Part shown: positions 54,243-64,000 of the stretch, in pieces | Layout: every line of letters begins with the position of its first letter | Numbering within the stretch: position 1 is the first letter of the stretch | DNA from: Octopus sinensis | Lineage: Eukaryota | Direction of reading: 5' to 3' | NCBI RefSeq assembly: GCF_006345805.1 | Contig: NC_043008.1 | Coordinates: forward strand, 6,324,001 to 6,388,000 | Length of the DNA: 64,000 nt | The notes under the pieces: model-generated | The model's database searches: none | What the model was told of the DNA's origin: nothing | What the model saw: the letters and a program-made list of their open reading frames with translations, nothing else | Made by a program: the position numbers and the translations under genes

Positions 54243-55790
54243 TATATATATATCCAATTGTCTATATATATATACATATATATCTATATCTTATATCTAC
54301 ACACACTATATAGATATATATATGTATATATATACACACATCCAAATATACATACACACACAAGTGTATTTGGGAGTAATTAATGAGGTGTGTAGGCTTA
54401 TATTGTATTCGATGTGATTCTCAGATTTCTCTTTTGGTGTTTTTCCACGTGCCACAGACTTATGTCACAGTTCATAAATATTTATGACGTTCATCATAAT
54501 TACAATTGAATTCTCTCCAAATTAAACTTAAGATGAATTAAATGCATTCTGTTGAGTTCATGTATATCTCACTGACTATAAATCATATATAAATTTAACG
54601 ACAGAGCACAACTGAGCTGAGAGAAAAACCGATGTTAGAACGAAGAGAAGCGACTACATTTGTGTAGATATGGAAGAGAAGAGTTCTGGTAAAAACTTCC
54701 AGTAAGAAATTCGAAGAGGAAGAAGTTAGAGAAGACATTGGAAGTATGAGTGGAGCTGACCTAAAGAGACTGACCTTAGGATGAAGATGATTGAAATTGA
54801 TTGTGTGATGCTGGGAAAGGCATTGTGTCTATGAGAGTGAGGGAAAATTTATGTGATACTTGTCATGAAGATTCAGAGGATAAATATATATATGTAGACA
54901 ACTTGTTTTTAAGGTTCGTGCAGTAGGACTGAACAGGAAATTACATAGCTGGCAAGCAAACTTTTAACCATGTGACCACACATATAATGTATGTGTGTGT
55001 GTCTGTATATATATATATATATAATATATATATATCCAATTGTCTATATATATATATACATATATATCTATATCTATATATACACACACATATATAGATA
55101 TATATATGTATATATATACACACATCCAAATATACATACACACACAAGTGTATTTGGGAGTAATTAATGAGGTTGTAGGCTTATATTGTATTCGATGTGA
55201 TTCTCAGATTTCTCTTTTGGTGTTTTTCCACTGCCACAGACTTATGTCACAGTTCATAAATATTTATGACTGTTCATAAATTACAATTGAATTCTCTCCA
55301 AATTAAACTTAAGATGAATTAAATGCATTCTGTTGAGTTCATGTATATCTCACTGACTATAAATCATATATAAATTTAACGACAGAGCACAAATGAGCTG
55401 AGAGAAAAACCGATGTTAGAACGAAGAGAAGCGACTACATTTGTGTAGATATGGAAGAGAAGAGTTCGGTAAAAACAATTCCAGTAAGAGAAATTCGAAG
55501 AGGAAGAACGTTAGAGAAGACATTGGAAGTATGAGTGGAGCTGACCTAAATAGACTGAACCTTAGGATGAAGATGATTGAAAGTGATGTGTGATGCTGGG
55601 AAAGGCATTTGTGTCTATGAGAGTGAGGGAAAATTTATGTGATAATTGTCATGAAGATTCAGAGGATAAATATATATATGTAGACACTTGTTTAAGGTTC
55701 CGTGCAGTAGGACTGAACAGGAAATTACATAGCTGGCAAGCAAACTTCTTAACCATGTGACCACACATATAATGTATGTGTGTGTGTCTG

Positions 55791-55812
<22 letters not shown>
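54243..55812. repeat. ~785-bp direct tandem duplication bounded by (TA)n
   Basis: tccaaatatacatac at 54341 and 55125; gtctgta ends at 55007 and 55792. Confidence 0.95.
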
Positions 55813-55822
<10 letters not shown>

Positions 55823-55930
55823 CTACGTTGTGTATATATATATATATATTTATATATATGTTCTCAAATTTGATGGACATATAGCAGTATGTAAGCTGAC
55901 TCAAGAAGTCTCTAGTGAGACTTTTTATTG

Positions 55931-55982
55931 ATGTACCTGAAGAGACCCAGAATGGGTTAAAACATGTATGGTATATAATAAA
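55931..55982 (+). ncRNA. decayed hammerhead-like motif followed by AATAAA
   Basis: CTGAAGA (55937)-GACCC-AGAAT-GGGTT-AAAAC-ATGT-A; stem III palindrome ACATGT; stem I poorly paired. Confidence 0.45.
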
Positions 55983-56285
55983 GTCTATTACACATTCTAT
56001 TTCCTATTTTATTAATACTAATATATATATATACATAATGTGTATATGATATATAACTAGTTATATATTAGATTACATTTGTGATTCTTTTCTAATTTCT
56101 CATTAAAACAGGTTCAGGCATGAAGAAATTGTTATCATGTTTGAAAATGATTGAGGGTTGGTGATGGGTGAGGCATCTGGGTGTAGAAAACCTGCTGCAC
56201 AGTGAATTTTGTCTGATCCATGCAATCATGGAAAAGTGGATGTTAAAACTATGCTACTGTTGATATATATATATATATATATATT

Positions 56286-56337
<52 letters not shown>

Positions 56338-56463
56338 CATATATATTATATTATATATGCATATATATATATATATATATATGTATATCATCATCATTTA
56401 ACGTCCGCTTTCCATGCTAGTATGGGCTGGAACGCATATGTGCATATATATATTATATATATG

Positions 56464-56520
<57 letters not shown>

Positions 56521-58254
56521 ATGTATATGTATGTATGTATATATCTATGTATGTATATATATTTATTGAGAAGGCATATTTTTCATTACTTGTGCACATA
56601 CAAATATATTTAGGTAGATAAATAGATAGATGTGTATACATAAATGCTTAGAGAAGACGTATTATTAATGTCTGTTGCACATATACCATCTCACAATCTC
56701 TCATTCGCATTTTCTTTCACCATTTGTAAACATAATCTAGTGCTAGTTAAATATATGCCGTTTCTTTTATAAACTGCTGCTCAAGTTTACCGTATAATAA
56801 TATCTATCCTACTTCATTTCAATCTCCCTATTATTTCTCCGCACATTATTTGATTTGCATCATTCAATCAAGCTGAAATATTAGGTAGTAGTGCTCCTAA
56901 TTCACACTTTAATAGTTGGTTGGTTTGTTGGCTGTTTTTAGCATATCAGCACCGAATCGTAAACCTTCAATGATTTGTTATTGCAACTATTCAACCAAAT
57001 ATCACAATAATCAAAACCAACTTACCCATTTCTAATATGCAAAAAAAAAAAGAAAGAAAGAAAAAAATGGATGTAAACACAACGAAGAAGATGGAAAAAG
57101 TCGTTGGCAACACCATGTAATCTTCAATAACAACTTATTACTATCTTCCACAGCATGATCTTCAGTTAGTATTTATATACTACATAGATCTCCATTCATC
57201 TTTATACGCCGAATACTGACATCTCTCAAATGGCTATATTTAAATGTTAAACTCACTGCCAATGTCTGTGTCACCAAAATAGCCATTTTGTTTTGATGCC
57301 TTCATAGTTGAATTGATATTCACAATGGTGCTTTTACGTCATCACAAATTGATTATGTGTCTGCCAGATTGAATTAAATGCAGCTTTCATATTAAATTCT
57401 TCCAAGTGAAGCAAGAAGGAAATGTGAAAAGAAGGCAACTCTTTAGAGTCCTATCATTCGGTTGTTAGTAGAACTGATGGAGGAAAATAGTCTGTGACAG
57501 TCTTTTCTATCCATATCTTTAGCAAGAACCACTTATTATAATGAGAAATGACATCATTTGTTAAATGACATGATACTATATGATAGGAATAGGAAAAAAA
57601 AATAAATGTAGAAGCAGAAAGAATCATTAGGATTCTGGCCTGTGAGTCGAAGAGTCTGTAGTTTGAATCCCACCACAGGTGATGGACTATGGTCGATAAA
57701 AGCACTGTTTCCCAGTTAACCTGTGAAAGGATTTCAGAGATCCCTGACAAAATTGGAATTTCATGTTATGAGATATAGTCCTTCCTAAGTATTTAATATC
57801 TTAGAAATTGTTGTAAGCTCTAGAACACTGCATGTAAAAAGATGTTGAGATGAAAGAATTGAAATAACAATGATTATGATAGTCAAGCCAGAAGTGAGTT
57901 TATTGTTGCTATTTTTTATACTAAAAAGAAACAAATTTTTGGATCTGATCCTAAGAAAACTGAAGAAATATTTTTTCAGAATAACTAAAAAAAATAATTA
58001 AGTCTAAAACTTATCAACGAATGACTATTTGAAGATTTGATAACATAATTTAAATAGAAATCTAAACAAAAAAAAAAAACAAACAAATAAGAGTCCCATA
58101 TTATTTCCTGTGTCTGCAAAATTATAATGTTTCAAAAATTGTTAGGATTCTACATGGAAACTTTAGAAATTGCAATTCATAGAGATAAGTAGAAATATAT
58201 TTATTTCTTAAGGAGGACACAAAAATCAAACTTGACATCTTCCTTCTTCTCCTT

Positions 58255-58400
58255 CTTTAACATCCATTTTTCCATGCTGGCATGGGTTGGACGGTTCAAC
58301 CAAAGCTTGCAGGCTGGAGAGCTGCACGGGTTTCCAGTCTAATTTGGTTTGGTTTCTACAGCTGGATGCCCTTCCTAACACCAGCCACTCCATAGAGTGT
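58255..58400 (-). mobile_element. SINE family E tail
   Basis: tttaacatccatttttccatgctggcatgggttggacgg... Confidence 0.85.
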
Positions 58401-58404
58401 GTGT

Positions 58405-58442
<38 letters not shown>

Positions 58443-60216
58443 TGTGTGTGTGTGTGCGTGTGTGTGTGTGTGTGTGCTGGGTGTTTTTAACATGGCACTG
58501 GTACATTGTACCACAGGCATGAATGTGGTGCCTCATGAAAATGGTACTAAAATATTTTATCATTGATGGGCAGTTTATGCTATTCTTTTTTACATCCTTT
58601 TTTATTATTCTATAGAATTGGAAAGTATTCAGGCAGTTTGACTAAAGTGCAGGTTCACCAAGAATATATGATTTCTAACCTGTGTATTCACTAAACTGTA
58701 TGTCCCCTAGTCTTATATTTAATCATCCTAGATAACAATTATCAGAGTAAACTCATGGTTTACTTTATTTTCCAAATCTTCTAAAACATCTCCTATACCC
58801 TAGTTTCTTGTTTTGTGGTAATTCTTCAAATATCTATTCTAACAATTTCGTTGAACTATGAAATTCAATCACATAATTATGGAAGCAGATAAGAAAAACA
58901 GTCACAAGATATTCCAGTATCATGTTTTACTTCCAATGGAAATAATGAACAGCACCAAAAGTTTACCGAAGCGAACGAACCGCATGCCAAACTTTTATCC
59001 ACTGTTCTACCATTAAAAATCCTCTGCACTTTTTATGGGTGGAATCTGGTGAAACTACAGAGTCTCCAAAGAAAGGAAACACATTCTGTTGCTAATGTAA
59101 GGAAAGCACGAGATAACCTTCAACTCTATTTTCAGCAGCATTTTTTTATTATTAAAAATACTGGGCAGCCAAGTCAACAATCTATAAAATTCATTTGGTT
59201 AATATTTGCAGACACTTTTATTACCCTTTTAACAAGATTTTCTTACTGAACACAAATTTCATAGCCACCCACCACCCCCATTTCCATTAGTGTCCATCTG
59301 TAGTCAGAATAAAAGAATTTATTGTCTATGGTGGAAAACTTTGCTACATACTTTTTAAATATTCTTTGTCCAGTTTTACAAACACACACACATACACACA
59401 ATGCTTTTATTTATTTTCTCTGCTCCATCATCCATGAAAACGAATTTGTGCTGATAGATTTTGGTGTATCTTTCTTGGCAAGGTTTATATCCTTTAATAG
59501 GTACAGAGAATAATAACTACTTCGAGACACAATCATAAAATTTGGGGTTTATTTCTTGTAGAATTTTTCTAATATTTTCTAATATTTATTATCACTGTTA
59601 TTACAATATTGATAGAAGTAAGTTCAATGTACAAGTCTCAGTGAATGAAATATTATTTTAGGGTAAGCTACAAGTTATCATAGTGTTATAATTAAAGTTC
59701 TCTCAAATGGAAAAGCATCACTGCTCAATCAAATCTTATTTGATAATAAACAAATTGTAGCTACAGTAAATTTGGGCAAGATCAATTACATGGCAAGATG
59801 AAAATGCTTCATAGCTGGTTCACTTCTAAAATAAACATGTAGTCTTTACATGAGGTTCACATGGAGGCACTAATGTACTTGAGCATGGAAATGATCATGG
59901 TTTCTCTTTTTTATTCACTTTATATAACAGTTTGTTTTATATTACTGATTATATGAGACAAGGGTCTCACTTGTGTTTGTTTCAGTCTGATGAGGATTTC
60001 GTTAGAAATTTATTCTTCTTCATTTGTTTAGGGTCTGCAGCTGTTTAAGCTGACCCCTGCTAATAACCAGGAGCCCATACATGTTCAGATTAGATGAAGG
60101 AAATGGAAATGGATCGGACACACACTGTGGAAAGAACCCTCAAATGTGACATGATAAGCACTTGAGTGGAACTCGCAGAGGAAAAGGAAGCGAGGGCCTA
60201 TGCTACACAAGGGGCA

Positions 60217-60392
60217 AAAAGAAGAAGAAGGAGGAGGAGGAGAATGAGAAGGAGGAGAAGAAGAAGAAGAAGAAGAGGAAGAGGAGGAGGAGGAGAAGAA
60301 GAAGAAGAAGAAGGAGAGAAGAAGAAGAAGAAAAAGAAGAAGAAAAAGAAGAAAAAGAAGAATAAGAAGACGATGACGACGATGACGACCAG
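60217..60392. repeat. (GAA)/(GGA)/(GAC) compound microsatellite
   Basis: Direct. Confidence 0.95.
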
Positions 60393-61924
60393 CTAATGAA
60401 CATTCTTCTACAGAGACCAACACTGGGTAATTATGTTCAGAAAGTCTTTGAGAGTCATTAGATATATGTGAGAGTACTTTCAATTAGAATATTCTGTATG
60501 TCCACCATTTTTATGTCTATGTAGTAAATGTTATATGATTCGGTGATGGGTCTTCAGCCATCCTCCTGACATTTTGTTGTAAGATTCCAACCAATAACAT
60601 GTGGTAAGAAAGAAGCTTAGAACTATTTCCAGAACAAGTATTTGCCATTCCTTTTCCAATTGGTGTTTATAAACTTAATTGTACATCTATGGCATTAGAG
60701 GGTGGAGGTCATTATCTTTATCTTTGACATAAGCATTGCCATTATTCAAGATAATCTGGAGACGTTTTGCTGCGGTAAAATCCTTCCGAATGCCCAAAAT
60801 ATGCATCTAACTATTTATCATAAAATCTCGTTAATTCTACCTCGGCATCTGCTAATATGAAACATCAGTAAGTTTTTCTTGTCCCCAATTTCCATTACAT
60901 AAAATAAACGGCACAAGTTACGAGGCCAAATATGTCGTAAAACCGTAATAAACATGCTACAAATCAGCTGTTATGTCCTTTGTAACATTATATAACAGAA
61001 ATTTACTCCTACAAAGGAAAGTTCACATTTCTGATTGACACCTTCCCCATAACCTTCATAACCATGATGTAATGCAAACACTACATTAATATAAGATTTG
61101 TTACAGATTTCATAGCAAGAGAATTCAAAGAGACTCTACTCTTTTATAATATTTGGCATTTCCACATATAATATATTCAGAATGGTAGAAGAAGTAATAA
61201 ATAAAATATAGCTACAGTTAGGAATCTTTCTTAGCGATGTTCACAGTTTCGCAAATGGTAAAATGCAAATTTTCTTTTATTTCTTTTATCTCATGTCAGA
61301 CAATGTGCTTGTTGAATTTAGAAAATATTTTTCTTTGTAAAACATTTTTCTTCTAAATTTCAATGGCAACTAATGAATACCATTTGCTCTTTGGTCAAAC
61401 AGTTCTCAATCAATGCAAACCAAAAATATTCCTCTTAATTGGCAGCACCATAACCTCCGTCACAAAATAATTGAATTGCCACAGATATTTACTGTTTCTA
61501 AACTGTTCACACCGTTGGTTCTATGTGTCTGCCTTCTTTACATATTTCGTTCATGTTAGAAGGTTTTTCATTTAATCATAGGTGAGAGAGATTTGTTTTT
61601 TCCTGTTGTCTACAAGATGTTTCTGTTCAACTCAAAATGTTATTTTCACACACACACACACACACATACACACACACACACACACACAAACTCTGTCTGT
61701 CTGCTGGTCTGTCTCTCTTTTTCTTACACACACGTTACTCATTACCATTTTCCATAACATGACAATTACAACTTGTGCTTCCCTATAAAGTACTGCTTAA
61801 AGATTCAGAAGTGTCAATGCTCACTAAAAAACATGATGGGAACTTTCTGCCTGATGCCTTGTTGGAAAAGATGTGGAACCTTAAGATGGAAACTATCCTA
61901 GTTGTTATAGGGTCTTAGATTTAT

Positions 61925-62121
61925 CTTCTGTTTTTTATTTGTTTCTGTCATTAGACTGTGGCCATGAAGAATGTTTGAAGAATGTTTTAGCTGAATGAAT
62001 TGGCCCCAGAACTGTTTTTTTAAAAGCATGGTATTTATTCTATCGATATCTTTTGCTGAACTACTAAGTTATGGAGATGTAAACACACCAATTCTTGTTG
62101 TCAAGCAGTAATTAGGGACAA

Positions 62122-62165
<44 letters not shown>

Positions 62166-62255
62166 GCGACAGGCTTCTTTCAGTTTCTGTCAACCAAATC
62201 TACTCACAAGGCTTTGTTTAGCCCAGGGCTATGGTAAAAGACACTTGCCTAAGAT
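61925..62255 (-). mobile_element. SINE family A, head missing
   Basis: Reverse complement of the A body and tail. Confidence 0.8.
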
Positions 62256-63009
62256 ACCACAAGAAAAAAAATATTTTAGCAATATCAAAGAAGAACCATC
62301 TTTTGAAGAAATTCAAAATAACAGTACCAACTAGCACTGTACACATTCTGGGAAGAACCATCTCCATTTAACTGTAAATTCTAGAATGTCAGGTAATCAA
62401 TGTGATTCACCCAAAATGTTTGAGTTTTCCCACTTAATTTAAATTACAGTCATACATCCATCTCTCTACTTATAAATTTTATACATAAAATCATTTAGAA
62501 ATCAATATTCTGTATTTTCTGCTTACATTTTGTCTCTTTATTTCTATATTTATACAACTCTTAAACTTCTGATATCACTCATGCACCAAACCATTTTTCT
62601 TTCTTTGTTTTCTCAAAAATGCTATTCTTATACTTACTGTTTTATATCATACTTATATGAACTGTCTTGTATCTTTATATATACACCTATGTGTGTGTGT
62701 ATGGGCTTGTGTGTGTTTGTGTGAGTGCCTTAGTTTTTAATTTTTCAATCAGTGAAATATCTTTGTTTTTAAAGAGACAACCCTGGCAGTGGAAAGTATT
62801 AAATCACTTCTCTTAACCTTAAGTATTTGGGAATGACAGGGCAAGCTACTGTACATGGCAATCACAGAAATAAATAATACTAATGCTAATACTAACAACA
62901 ATAATAATGGTTATGATAGTGATAGTTTGATGGCTACAAATGCTTCAGGAGATACAAAAAAAAATGAAGCTTTCACCAAAGAAAGAAATGAAAAAGTAGA
63001 GTATGTAAG

Positions 63010-63395
63010 TGCAACGTGGCTGTGTAGTAAGAAGCTTGCTCCCAACCACATGGTTCTGGGTTCAGTCCCATTGCATGGCTCCTTGGGCAAGTGTCTTCTG
63101 CTATAGCCTTGGGCTGACCAAAGCCTTGTGAGTGGATTTGGTAGACAGAAACTGAAAGAAGCCCATCATATATATGTTTGTATTTATGTGTGTGTCAGTG
63201 TTTGTCCCCCCACCATTGCTCGACAGCTGATATGGGTGTCCTGCAACTTAGTGGTTTGGCAAAAAAGCTGATGGAATAAGTACCAGGCTGACAAAGAATA
63301 AGTGCTGGAGTTGATTAGTTCGACTAAAGGCAGTGCTCCAGCATGGCCACAGTCAAATGACTGAAACAAGTAAAAGAGTGAAAGAGTGAAAGAAT
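63010..63395 (+). mobile_element. near full-length SINE family A
   Basis: Homology to the 11897 copy. Confidence 0.88.
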
Positions 63396-63584
63396 AAACA
63401 GATGGGAGAGGTAAGAGGCATTATATGAGAAAAAAAGAAATTAATAATCTTAAAGGTATGCACACACGTGATACACACATACATGTCTGTATAGAAATGC
63501 ACACAAATATCATACACACATAAATATTTATAATATTTATTTCTTCTCTAGGCACAAGGCCCGAAATTACAACAGCAACAAGAA

Positions 63585-63637
63585 CAATAATAATAATAAC
63601 AATAATAATAATAATAATAATGATGATGATGATAATA

Positions 63638-63700
<63 letters not shown>

Positions 63701-63720
63701 TAATAATAATAATGATGATA
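63585..63720. repeat. (AAT)n microsatellite
   Basis: Direct. Confidence 0.95.
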
Positions 63721-63899
63721 GGCAAGAATATCAGGTATAGAATGAGCAGCTCCTGTCATAAATGAAAGGTAAAGGGAGAAAATGCTGACAAGATTATGGC
63801 ATCAGTTCAAGTATTTGGCTCTGTGTCAGACAAACAAAGCATGTGGTTGTAAGGATTTCCATAGAGAGCAACAATATATATAATTATAATATATATATA

Positions 63900-63940
<41 letters not shown>

Positions 63941-64000
63941 ATATATATATTATATATCTATATATTTATACATATATATATATATATATATATATTTATA

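Noticed and set aside
59985-60012. CTGATGAG-GATTTC-GTTA-GAAATT hairpin
   Set aside because: The GAAA is used up in the hairpin; no stem III or NUH follows.
62280-62395. IKEEP / THSGK zinc-finger-like words
   Set aside because: A stop intervenes and there is no C2H2 pattern.

Overview
AT-rich, repeat-saturated animal genomic DNA. The repeat families look like those of an octopus or other coleoid cephalopod; this is recalled, not database-checked. I found no convincing host protein-coding gene, and all long ORFs in the supplied track are microsatellite artefacts. The window holds huge (AAT)n, (TA)n, (GATA)n, (CA)n and (GAA)n arrays, a 63-bp minisatellite and dozens of tRNA-derived SINE copies from several families. 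It also holds decayed autonomous elements: two Penelope-like (RT + GIY-YIG) relics, a Gypsy pol fossil, an RTE LINE relic, an internally deleted mariner and a solo LTR. A 785-bp tandem duplication is probably an assembly artefact. The most notable signal is a three-copy palindromic element in which two tRNA(Ser)-like Pol III heads sit head-to-head. Each head is followed by (AAT)n and a minimal type-I hammerhead-ribozyme motif, making it a candidate 'SINE-retrozyme'. At least four further unrelated hammerhead-like motifs are present, one nearly intact at 16748-16794 (-).
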